Origin: Okeania sp.
GTDB lineage: Bacteria > Cyanobacteriota > Cyanobacteriia > Cyanobacteriales > Microcoleaceae
Assembly (NCBI RefSeq): GCF_035285525.1
Contig: NZ_JAYKGW010000157.1
Span: forward strand, 14,711 to 46,710
Direction of reading: 5' to 3'
Length of the DNA stretch: 32,000 nucleotides
The translations under genes were made by a program, and so were the position numbers. Under the pieces are notes generated by a model that saw only the letters and a program-made list of their open reading frames with translations, searched no databases and was not told the DNA's origin. Positions 9,538 to 18,420 of this stretch are shown in pieces. Numbering within the stretch: the stretch's first letter is position 1; each line of letters starts with the position of its first letter.

Positions 9538-11064
9538 ATGAAATTTAAGAATTTTTTACGGAGCTTCGTCAAATTTTTACTCCCTATTAAACCCTTACTT
9601 ATAACTTCTTCTTTATTACTAATTCCTGCTACAACAATTGTTTTCAAACAACCTGTTGCTTTAGCCTTAATGGCAGATCAAATAAAGGAAATTTCTACAG
9701 AATTTACAGTATTAATTGATGCTATAAATCCCGCTTCCGGAATAATTATTTCTCATAAAAAAGATACTTATTATGTTTTAACTGCAAAGCACGTTGTCGA
9801 AACTCAAGATGAATATGCAATTATTACTAAAGATGGAGAAAGATACGAAATTGACTATCAAAGAATCATTAAATTACCAAGAGTTGATTTAGCAATTTTA
9901 GAATTTCGGAGTAATAAAAAATATCAAATTGCTACTTTAGCTAAATATGATTATCAAGCAGAATTTCGTCATGTTTTTGTCTCTGGTTGGCCTGAGTCGA
10001 GATTACCTTTTGCAGAAAGAGAACATTTATTTAGTCCTGGTTTATTAATTAATGAAGATTATGAATTAGCCTTTATTAAAGATCCGGTTTCTAATGGTTA
10101 TGAACTTTTTTATAACAATATTACGGAGTTAGGTTTAAGTGGCGCACCTGTTTTAGATACTCAAGGAAGAGTAATTGGAATTCATGGTGCTTCTGAAGGT
10201 ACAAAAATTTATGATGAAGAATCTAATTCAGTAGCAAGAGTAAATATTGGTTTTAGTTATGGCATTCCCATTAATACTTTTTTAGAATCAGTAAATAAGT
10301 TAAATATTGGGTTAAATTTTCAACTAGAAAATTCACCCCCACCACCACTAACTAGAAAAGAAGTTTTTTCTATAGAAGCTTATTTAAAAGTTCCAGAAAC
10401 AACAGATATTTCTAGTGCAGCAGCATGGGCAAATCGCGGGAATCATTTATATAGATTAGAAAGATTTGCCGAAGCATTAGTAGCTTTTGAACGTTCCATA
10501 AAAATCAGGGAAAATTTTTATCCAGCTTGGTATGGAAAGGCAAATGTTTTATCTGCTTTAGGTAGATATAATGCAGCAATAGATGCTTATAAAAAGACAG
10601 TAAAAATTAAACCAGATTTCTATTTAGCTTGGCGAGACCAAGGAGCTTTATTTGCTTATTTAGATCGACCTCATGAAGCATTAATATCTTTTCATCGAGT
10701 AATTACATATAAGCCAGATGATTTTGCAGTTTGGTATCTGAAAGGGAATGTTTTAGCAGCCAATTTGCAGAAATATGAAGAAGCGATCGCTGCCTATAAT
10801 AAGGCAATTCAATTAAAGTCTGATTTTGCGGATGCTTGGATAGGAAAAGGGGAAGCTTTTTATCGTTTAGGAAATTATGAAAAAGCTAGAGAAGCTGTTC
10901 AAGAGGCAGTGAGACTTAAGCCTAACGATCAAGAAATATCAAATTTTTTAAATTCTTTGAATAAAGATAATTTGCCACAACATTCTGTAGAGTTAATACC
11001 AAATCAAAGAGAAGTTGAAAGAAGAAGTTATCCTCCTCGTAAACAACCTAATTTATTGTGGTAA
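9538..11064 (+). CDS. Trypsin-like serine protease domain fused to C-terminal TPR repeats, with an N-terminal signal/anchor sequence
   Basis: 508 aa. The hydrophobic N-terminus is LLPIKPLLITSSLLLIPATTIVF. Triad motifs are VLTAKHVV, RVDLAILEF and ELGLSGAPVLD. The C-terminal ~200 aa carry repeated 34-aa TPR signatures (AWANRGNHLYRLERFAEALVAFERSIKI, AWYGKANVL..., AWRDQG..., AWIGKGEAFYRLGNYEKA). Confidence 0.85.
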   Translation: MKFKNFLRSFVKFLLPIKPLLITSSLLLIPATTIVFKQPVALALMADQIKEISTEFTVLIDAINPASGIIISHKKDTYYVLTAKHVVETQDEYAIITKDGERYEIDYQRIIKLPRVDLAILEFRSNKKYQIATLAKYDYQAEFRHVFVSGWPESRLPFAEREHLFSPGLLINEDYELAFIKDPVSNGYELFYNNITELGLSGAPVLDTQGRVIGIHGASEGTKIYDEESNSVARVNIGFSYGIPINTFLESVNKLNIGLNFQLENSPPPPLTRKEVFSIEAYLKVPETTDISSAAAWANRGNHLYRLERFAEALVAFERSIKIRENFYPAWYGKANVLSALGRYNAAIDAYKKTVKIKPDFYLAWRDQGALFAYLDRPHEALISFHRVITYKPDDFAVWYLKGNVLAANLQKYEEAIAAYNKAIQLKSDFADAWIGKGEAFYRLGNYEKAREAVQEAVRLKPNDQEISNFLNSLNKDNLPQHSVELIPNQREVERRSYPPRKQPNLLW

Positions 11065-11347
11065 TAAAGTAAGCATTTAGCAGTTAGTTAGCCTCCTACT
11101 GAGGCGGAATTCAGATATTGTTTTTGGTTTGAGATTTAGACCTCTCCTTGAAAACTATATTTTATCAACATATCTCTTGAAATAGAATTTTATAATGGAT
11201 AGCTTTAAAGGCAGGATATTATTACTGACAGCTAATAGCTAAATGCTTAGTTAGTAAATATAGCATTCAACCTTTACCAAAGATTTATAGTAATTTTCAA
11301 TTTTATGTAATAAAATAAAAACTAGGATAGCTCAAAGGAAAAATAGC

Positions 11348-11527
11348 GTAAGCATCCAGCTATTAGCCGTCAGCAAATCCTATCTAAGATATAAAAATGG
11401 CTTGAAATGAATATAACCTTTAAGGTCGCTTTTGATAGTAAGATTCAATTTACCTCAACAAAGCCAAGCTTTTATCTCAAAATAAAATAAATAGCTGACT
11501 GCTAAATGCTGAGTGCTGAATGCTTAC
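11348..11527 (+). mobile_element. 180-bp MITE-like non-autonomous element with imperfect terminal inverted repeats (GTAAGCATCCAGCTATTAGC... / ...GCTGAGTGCTGAATGCTTAC) and a perfect 8-bp target-site duplication
   Basis: AAAATAGC occurs at both 11340-11347 and 11528-11535, immediately flanking the termini. No coding capacity. Related copies are at 11552-11874, 7028-7195 and 25413-25478. Confidence 0.75.
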
Positions 11528-11551
11528 AAAATAGCAGACTGCACTATCAGG

Positions 11552-11874
11552 GTAAGCATTTCCTGGGAGCTATTAGTCGTTATCTCTTCCTGCGGAATGC
11601 TGCGCAAACAGTAAACCCTATCTAAATCTTAAAAATGACTTTAAATAAATTAGAACTTACGCACCAGACGCTATATGTGGCTTCCAAAACTATTGCGCAA
11701 TCGTTTTTGAACTCTATAGATAGTACCTTTGCGTAAGTCCTGTGAATATAACCTTTAAAGTCGGTTTTGATAGTAACATTCAATTTACCTCAACAAAGCC
11801 AAGCTTTTATCTCAAACTAAAATAAATAGCTGACTGCTGACTGCTGACGATGCAGAATGCTTACTTATCAGATA
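11552..11874 (+). mobile_element. Second copy of the same MITE-like element in direct orientation, 323 bp, enlarged by internal insertions
   Basis: It shares with copy A the block GAATATAACCTTTAA(A/G)GTCG(C/G)TTTTGATAGTAA(G/C)ATTCAATTTACCTCAACAAAGCCAAGCTTTTATCTCAAA and the termini. The 8-bp flanks CTATCAGG and TTATCAGA match 6/8. Confidence 0.7.
11655..11738. repeat. 84-bp insertion nested inside MITE copy B, bounded by a perfect 9-bp inverted repeat ACTTACGCA / TGCGTAAGT
   Basis: This segment is absent from copy A at the homologous position. The inverted repeats were read at 11655-11663 and 11730-11738. Confidence 0.6.
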
Positions 11875-12111
11875 AGATAAAAAAATATTGTTCAGATCTA
11901 ATTGTAAGCAGTCAGCCATCAGTCATCAGCTTTATTAACTTTAAAAGAGGAAAAAGAAATCAGCTAGATTTCCGAGAATTATAGAGTATGGTTTATTAAT
12001 GAATAATGGATGATTACGTCATTTATTAAAAAGGTGATATTAATTAAAAAGCTTAGAGCTAACGGCTAATAGCTGGATACTTGCAGACAATTAGGGAAAT
12101 AGTGATTAAGT

Positions 12112-13593
12112 ATGTTATTTAACTCTTATGTTTTTATATTTGGTTTTTTACCTTTAACTTTGATTATATTTTTTGCTTTAACTAAGTTTCGCTTAATTAA
12201 AGCAGCTAAGGTTTGGTTGACTGCTAGTTCTTTCGCTTTTTATGGTTATTGGAATGTTGCCTATGTTCCTCTACTGATAATTTCAATTTTATGGAATTAT
12301 CAAATGGGTAAATTTATTGCTGAAGCTAAACCAGAAAGTAAGAAAGTAAATGTTTTACTTTGGTTAGGTATAGCTGTAAATTTAGTAATAATTTCCTATT
12401 ATAAATATGCCAACTTTTTCTTAGATAGTTTTAATTCAGTAGTTTCTACAAATTTCAATGCTGGGGAAATTATTTTACCTCTGGCAATTTCTTTTTATAC
12501 TTTTACTCAAATAGCTTATTTAGTAGATGCTTATCGTGGAGAAACTAGAGAAACTAATTATGATTTACTCACTTATAGTTTATTTGTAGTTTTCTTCCCT
12601 CAATTAATCGCCGGACCTATTTTACGTCACGATGAACTTATTCCGCAATTTCGTCAATTGCGTAATTATGTTTTTTCCCAGAAAAATATGGCTTTGGGTT
12701 TGAGTCTTTTTAGTTTAGGATTGTGTAAAAAAGTATTGATAGCTGATACTATATCACCTTGGGTAACACTAGCATTTAATAATACTTCTGATTTGAGTTT
12801 TATTGAAGCCTGGGTAGGGGCTTTAAGTTACACTTTTCAACTATATTTTGATTTTTCTGGTTACTCAGATATGGCAATAGGTTTAGGGTTAATGTTTAAT
12901 ATTAAATTACCCATTAATTTTAACTCTCCCTACAAAGCTACTTCTATTAGTGATTTTTGGCGACGCTGGCATATTACTTTATCAAATTTTCTGAGAGATT
13001 ATCTATATATTTCCCTGGGTGGAAGTCGTCGCGGAGAAGTTCGTCGTTATACTAATCTTTTAACAACAATGCTATTAGGTGGATTATGGCATGGTGCTGG
13101 TTGGACTTATGTAATTTGGGGAGGTTTACATGGTATCTATTTATGTATTAATCATGGTTGGCGAAAGTTAAATATTCCGATGCCAAAATTATTAGCATGG
13201 GCAATTACTTTTATTTCTGTTATTATTAGTTGGGTGTTATTTCGAGCCGAAAATATTCAAGATGGTTTAGATATTTTACAAACAATGACCGGTTTTAATG
13301 GAATAGCTATACCAGGAGAAGCTAAAGGGAAATTATCTATATTAACTAATTTTGGTTTTCAGGTTAAATCTTGGTCGGAATTAACTTATTTGCCAGAACT
13401 TTGGGGTAGTAAAACTTTCTCAATATTGACTTTAATAGCTTTAACTTTTTCTGTAAGTTTTCTACCAAATACTCAGGAAATTTTAGCAAAGCTAAAACCT
13501 ACTTGGTGGTGGGCAGCTTGGATTGGTATTTTGACAAGTTTAGCTTTATTATCACTGAACCGTGTGTCTGAGTTTCTTTATTTCCAATTTTAA
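12112..13593 (+). CDS. MBOAT-family membrane-bound O-acyltransferase (AlgI/DltB/PatA-like)
   Basis: 493 aa and polytopic. MBOAT hallmarks are present: FSGYSDMAIGLGLMFNIKLPINFNSPYKATSISDFWRRWHITLSNFLRDYLYISLGG and GGLWHGAGWTYVIWGGLHG (conserved His, codon at 13090-13092). Confidence 0.92.
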   Translation: MLFNSYVFIFGFLPLTLIIFFALTKFRLIKAAKVWLTASSFAFYGYWNVAYVPLLIISILWNYQMGKFIAEAKPESKKVNVLLWLGIAVNLVIISYYKYANFFLDSFNSVVSTNFNAGEIILPLAISFYTFTQIAYLVDAYRGETRETNYDLLTYSLFVVFFPQLIAGPILRHDELIPQFRQLRNYVFSQKNMALGLSLFSLGLCKKVLIADTISPWVTLAFNNTSDLSFIEAWVGALSYTFQLYFDFSGYSDMAIGLGLMFNIKLPINFNSPYKATSISDFWRRWHITLSNFLRDYLYISLGGSRRGEVRRYTNLLTTMLLGGLWHGAGWTYVIWGGLHGIYLCINHGWRKLNIPMPKLLAWAITFISVIISWVLFRAENIQDGLDILQTMTGFNGIAIPGEAKGKLSILTNFGFQVKSWSELTYLPELWGSKTFSILTLIALTFSVSFLPNTQEILAKLKPTWWWAAWIGILTSLALLSLNRVSEFLYFQF

Positions 13594-13608
13594 TTTTTTA
13601 GAGAAATT

Positions 13609-14844
13609 ATGAGTATTAATAATCAGGTTAATTCTACTTACTATCAAGCTTTAAATGCTGAGGAATCAGAGAAAAATGCAACAAATAGAAAAAAATATTA
13701 CTGATATAATTGGATATTTTTACTGTCGGCATTTATGCCTGTAGTAACTGTAGGAATATTGAATATAATTGTCGATCCTTACGATGTATTTAATACTCCT
13801 AATTTCCTGGGAATAAATCATTCAAAACCTCGAAAAGATAATAGCGATCGCCTTTATAAAGCAATTGATATTATTCGGTCTAAACCTGTAACAGTTTTGA
13901 TGGGTTAATCTAGGACAGAAAATGGTTTAGACCCTAATCATCGAGCATTAAAAAATTAGCAACCTATCTATAATTTAGGGCTGAGTTTCATTAATACTTA
14001 TGAATTAAAACCTTATATAAAACATGTATTCGCTAATCAAAAAGAATTAGACTTGATTATTCTGGGGTTAGATTTTTTTATGTTTAACAAATTCTTGGAA
14101 AATCAACCAAGTTTCTCGGAAAATAGATTAGAAAAGCAGAATATATCCCTAGTAGATTTTATCAACGTTACCTTTTCTTCAGATATGCTTTTAGCAAGTA
14201 AAGAAACCATAGTTGATAGTCAAAAAAATCCACCAGATAGTATTAGTTATGAAGAGAGTGGATTTATCTGATCTCGAGAACGCTATCGTGACCAAAAAAC
14301 AACTCAGGTGCTATTATTTAACTCTAATATAAAGTATTATTATAAATTTTTTACCAAATATCAATTACCTACTCAATTAATTGAATTGAAAAAAATAGTA
14401 GACTTTTGCAAACAAAAACAAATAAAACTAATAGTATTCATTTCTCCTTCTCATGCAACTCAATGGGAAATTATTAAAAATGCTGGTCACTGGTCAAGCT
14501 TTGAAGAATGGAAACGTGAAGTTGTAAAAATTACCCCTGTATTTGATTTTTCTGGATACAACACTATCACAACTGAACCTATTCATAATAATATGGAAAA
14601 TTATACAGAAAATTCTCATTATACTCCCAAAGTAGGGAATTTAATTCTTAACCGAATTCTCTCTTACAAAGAAGAAGAACTTCCAGAGGATTTTGTAATT
14701 TTAATTAATTCAAAAAATCTTGAATCTCATCTAGAAAAAATTCGTCAAGACCGAGAAGTTTGGGTGAAAAATAATCCTGATGAAGTGAACTTGGTAATAG
14801 AAATTAAACAAAAATATGATGCTTCACTAGCAAATAAAAATTAG
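13609..14844 (+). pseudogene. Inactivated paralog of the 14991-16214 gene (DltD/AlgJ-like partner of the MBOAT): collinear over ~412 codons in one frame but interrupted by in-frame stops
   Basis: Own translation in the frame of ATG 13609. Stops fall at 13702-13704 (TGA), 13906-13908 (TAA, replacing the first Ser of the GSS motif), 13957-13959 (TAG) and 14269-14271 (TGA), plus a premature terminal TAG at 14842-14844 where the paralog has GAG. Track ORFs 14053-14271 and 14308-14844 are fragments of it. Confidence 0.85.
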
Positions 14845-14990
14845 ATGGAAAATTGATGTTAGTTTAAATATACATTAGAATCGGAAATCAATTACCGGGT
14901 GCATCTCAACTATTTACAAAAATACTTTTTTTCTATTCCCTAAAAGCGATAAATTTTTGGCTTTCTTGAAAATTGAGATGCACCTAAATT

Positions 14991-16214
14991 ATGAATATCA
15001 ATAACAAACATTATCCTAACTATTCCCTAGTTTCATATTCCCAAAAATCAAAAAAATATCGTAGATTTAATTGGATATTTTTACTGTCGGTATTTTTCCC
15101 TGTAATTACAGTAGGAATATTAAATATTATTGTCAATCCTTATGATGTATTTAATACTCCTAATTTCATCGGAATAAATCATTCAAAACCTCGGAAAGAT
15201 AATAATGATCGCCTCTTTAAAGCAACTGATATTATCCGAATTAAACCTGTTACAGTTTTTCTAGGTTCCTCCAGAGCAAAACGCGCTCTAGACCCAAATC
15301 ATCCTGCTTTAGAAAATCATCATCCAGCTTATAACTTAAGCATTGATAACCCCAATATTTATGAATTACGACGCTATTTAGAACACGCGATCACTAATCA
15401 GGAAAAATTAGGTTTAGTGATTATCGGATTAGATTTTTTTACGTTTAATTCATTTCAGGAAAATCAAGTGAATTTTTCTGAAAATAGATTAGAAAAACAG
15501 CATATTTCTGCCAAAGATTTTATTAATATCACCTTTTCTCTAGATGCATTGTTGGCAAGTAAAGAAACAATAATTGATAGTCGTAAAACTCCAGCAAATA
15601 ACCTTGGTTACGGAGAAAATGGATTTATGCCTGAGTTAAATGTTGACCCTGAAAAAACTCAGCAGAGATTTAACCAACTTATCAGTTACTATGTAAAACA
15701 TCGATATGCCAGATATCAATTATCTGCTCAATTTTTAGATGAATTAAAAACAATAGTAGATTTATCTGAAAAAAATCAAATTAAGTTAATATTATTTATT
15801 TCTCCTTCTCATGCGACTCACTGGGAAGCAATGAAAAGGAAAGATAAATGGTTAATTTTTGAAGAATGGAAACGTGAAGTTGTAAAAATTACCCCTGTAT
15901 TTGATTTTTCTGGATACAACAGTATCACAACTGAACCTATTCATAATAATATGGAAAATTATACAGAAAATTCTCATTATACTCCCAAAGTAGGGAATTT
16001 AATTCTTAACCGAATTCTCTCTTACAAAGAAGAAGAAGTTCCAGAGGATTTTGGAATTTTAATTAATTCAAAAAATCTTGAATCTCATCTAGAAAAAATT
16101 CGTCAAGACCGAGAAGTTTGGGTGAAAAATAATCCTGATGAAGTGAACTTGGTAATAGAAATTAAACAGAAATATGATAGGTCACTGACAGATAAAAATG
16201 AGATGGCAAATTGA
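14991..16214 (+). CDS. N-terminally membrane-anchored DltD/AlgJ-like (SGNH-type fold) protein, putative acyl-transfer partner of the upstream MBOAT
   Basis: 407 aa with one N-terminal TM (FNWIFLLSVFFPVITVGILNIIV). FLGSSR is a candidate nucleophile block shortly after the anchor, and ENSHYT is a candidate (D/E)xxH block near the C-terminus. The position downstream of an MBOAT gene mirrors DltB-DltD, AlgI-AlgJ and PatA-PatB pairs. The family call is from memory, not a search. Confidence 0.55.
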   Translation: MNINNKHYPNYSLVSYSQKSKKYRRFNWIFLLSVFFPVITVGILNIIVNPYDVFNTPNFIGINHSKPRKDNNDRLFKATDIIRIKPVTVFLGSSRAKRALDPNHPALENHHPAYNLSIDNPNIYELRRYLEHAITNQEKLGLVIIGLDFFTFNSFQENQVNFSENRLEKQHISAKDFINITFSLDALLASKETIIDSRKTPANNLGYGENGFMPELNVDPEKTQQRFNQLISYYVKHRYARYQLSAQFLDELKTIVDLSEKNQIKLILFISPSHATHWEAMKRKDKWLIFEEWKREVVKITPVFDFSGYNSITTEPIHNNMENYTENSHYTPKVGNLILNRILSYKEEEVPEDFGILINSKNLESHLEKIRQDREVWVKNNPDEVNLVIEIKQKYDRSLTDKNEMAN

Positions 16215-16218
16215 TGAG

Positions 16219-16246
16219 AATAGGGAATAGGGAATAGGGAATAGGA
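16219..16246. repeat. Heptanucleotide tandem array (AATAGGG)x4, STRR-like, beginning 5 nt after the stop codon of 14991-16214
   Basis: Direct reading: GAATAGGGAATAGGGAATAGGGAATAGGAG. Confidence 0.9.
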
Positions 16247-16721
16247 GATTATCAAAGAGTTTCAGAATTGATACCATTTTTCTGTAACAATGCACCTAAT
16301 AATTCTTACCAAGACCTGAATTTTTCAACAACTATTACCTTTTTATTAAGTGCAACTTCATGGAGAAATGGTATTAGAAATTTCCGCGTCCTTTGCTTTG
16401 ACTATTATATTAGTTCAAATTACTTGAACTCGGAAATAAATTAAGTGCCTAGGGAAAATTAACTTGCTAATTTTATTACCAAATTACTGACAAGAAAAAT
16501 ATTGCTTTTAGCTGAAAAGTTTACCAATTTTTTTACTTTTTAGGTAAGCATTTCCTGCAAAATACTGTGCAAACAGCAGTCAGATCGAGTGCAATAAAAA
16601 TGCAAGCTTTCTTTTAATTTATACTACATTTTTAATCATAAATTTTGAGTTTTAAACCCATATAATTTGTGACAGGAAGTTATAAATTTTTCTTGAAAGC
16701 TGACTGCTGAATGCTGACTTT

Positions 16722-17639
16722 TTAGTTTTGACTTTTTTGTTCCAACCAAGCTAAACCAGCAGCAAAAGTTTCAGCTAAAACACTAATCAACCGATAAAAT
16801 GCAATAGCACTTAACAGAATACCAGGAGAAAATTTATGCTCTAGTAAAGTTAAAGCAGTGACTTCAAATACTCCCACACCTCCAGGTGCTCCAGGTACAA
16901 CTAAACCTAATAACCATGCTAAACTAAATGCACTAAATATTAAAAAAATTTGATTCAATTCAACAGAATTAAAAGCTAATATAGTCAGTAAAAAGCCAAA
17001 ACCTCGAATCAATACAAAACAAATTTCTCCCAGAAAAGGCTTCACTAAATACCGCTCTAATTTTAATTCAGTAACTGGCTGAATATCAGCAGATTTTTTA
17101 CCTTTTAATTTGATTTTAGCTAAGTATTTAATTACTGGGTTTAAAACTCGTGGATGCAGAATAGAAACTACTGCCAAAAAACACAAAAATTGTATAAACC
17201 AGCTTTCTTGAGTAGAACCAATTAAAGCAACTCCTAAAGCAGATGCAGCCATTAAAAGTGGTTCTATTAAAACACTTAAAATTGCAGTTTCAACAGGTAT
17301 TCCTGCTTGTTTTGTGGCATTAATTCGACCATAAAAATGCCAAATATTTCCTGGCAAATACTTAGCAATATTTGTGAGTAGATAGACTCTAATTGCCCAC
17401 CGTAAATTAACTTTTTGATGAAACTCTTTAATAATCCCAAACCAGACAACTGCTGACCATACATGAGCCATTATTGTGACGATTAAAGCAACTCCTAAAC
17501 TTACCCACCCAGAATCACTAATCCTAATTTCTAGCACTTGTTCCCAGTTGTCTTTAAGAGTTTTAACTAGGAAAAATAGAGTTACTCCTAAAATAACCCA
17601 TCGGAGATAAGGTTTAATACTCGACAGAACTTTTTTCAT
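16722..17639 (-). CDS. Flippase-like / lysyl-phosphatidylglycerol-synthase-TM-region family (UPF0104) integral membrane protein
   Basis: 305 aa with ~8 predicted TM helices. The N-terminus MKKVLSSIKPYLRWVILGVTLFFLVKTLKDNWEQV and the YLPGNIWHFYGRI motif are typical of this family. It is divergently placed from a GT2 polyprenyl-phosphate glycosyltransferase, a recurrent pairing. Confidence 0.65.
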   Translation of the reverse strand: MKKVLSSIKPYLRWVILGVTLFFLVKTLKDNWEQVLEIRISDSGWVSLGVALIVTIMAHVWSAVVWFGIIKEFHQKVNLRWAIRVYLLTNIAKYLPGNIWHFYGRINATKQAGIPVETAILSVLIEPLLMAASALGVALIGSTQESWFIQFLCFLAVVSILHPRVLNPVIKYLAKIKLKGKKSADIQPVTELKLERYLVKPFLGEICFVLIRGFGFLLTILAFNSVELNQIFLIFSAFSLAWLLGLVVPGAPGGVGVFEVTALTLLEHKFSPGILLSAIAFYRLISVLAETFAAGLAWLEQKSQN

Positions 17640-17669
17640 AAAGTAAAAAATAACTTAATTGATAACTTC

Positions 17670-17992
17670 GTAAGCATTCAGCAGCCAGGATTCAGCTACT
17701 AATTCATTACCTTTTGAGAAAGAATCAGTATTGAGGTAAGTATTTCCTGCGGAATGCTGCGCAAACAGCTCCTAGCATTTTCTACGGAATGCTTTCAGCT
17801 TTTGTCAAGAATAAAGGAATTATGAGGTTAGCTGACGACCAATTTAATTTCCTTTCCCTGGGAATGGCAGGCAAACAGAATGCTTCGTAAACATAACTTT
17901 GAATTCTCGTTATTAGGCTAATTTCTTCTTTGATATAATAATGAGTTAATGACTTAAAGCTGATAGCTGGTAGCTGACTGCTGAATGCTTAC
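17670..17992. repeat. Composite of GTAAGCATTC-family repeat modules, bounded by GTAAGCATTCAGC (17670) and GCTGACTGCTGAATGCTTAC (ending 17992)
   Basis: Direct reading. It contains the internal module GGTAAGTATTTCCTGCGGAATGCTGCGCAAACAG, which also occurs at 11589-11611 and 16549-16583 and inverted at 7141-7168. No convincing target duplication. Confidence 0.5.
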
Positions 17993-18420
17993 TTATTGAG
18001 AAATTTAAGGAGAATTATAAAGTTTTGGAAAAAACTAACCTTGACAAAGGAAAGTATATTTTCTATTCTTAACAAAACACCTAAAAGATGACCACTAATA
18101 GCTAAATGCTTACATAACTTCTAACTCTTTACTTTTCTTCTCTAAACTGTCTTAGTATTCAGTGTAATTATTTTTTATTCAACTTATAAATCCGTCAGCA
18201 TTCACCACTTATCACTCATATATCAGCTTATTAAAAAGATATGTTAATATAGTATTGCATCTTCAATATGATGAACGAAAAGTTGGGACATGGAATCAAA
18301 AGGAAAAAGTATATAATGTCCAAACTAAAAATAAAAATATGTTCAGAATAATGATAACAGACAGGGAAAAAAATCAGATTTTTTTGTGTTAATAGTTAAA
18401 CTTCATCCCAATACAGTTTA

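Noticed and set aside
9465-9647. 60-aa minus-strand ORF overlapping the start of the protease-TPR gene
   Set aside because: It is antisense to a well-supported gene start, AT-rich with K/L/N/F composition, and has no recognisable features.
14053-14844. Track ORFs 14053-14271 and 14308-14844 as independent genes
   Set aside because: Both lie in the same frame and are collinear with consecutive parts of the intact paralog at 14991-16214. They are fragments of one pseudogene, and their M starts are TTG/GTG artefacts.
13609-14844. Programmed stop-codon read-through or recoding instead of pseudogenisation
   Set aside because: Three different stop codons are used (TGA, TAA, TAG). One replaces the putative catalytic Ser, I could see no SECIS-like or shared read-through context, and an intact paralog sits next door. 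It remains formally testable by proteomics.
17276-17464. 62-aa ORF inside the flippase-like gene, same strand but a different frame
   Set aside because: It is embedded in a longer ORF with a coherent polytopic membrane profile.
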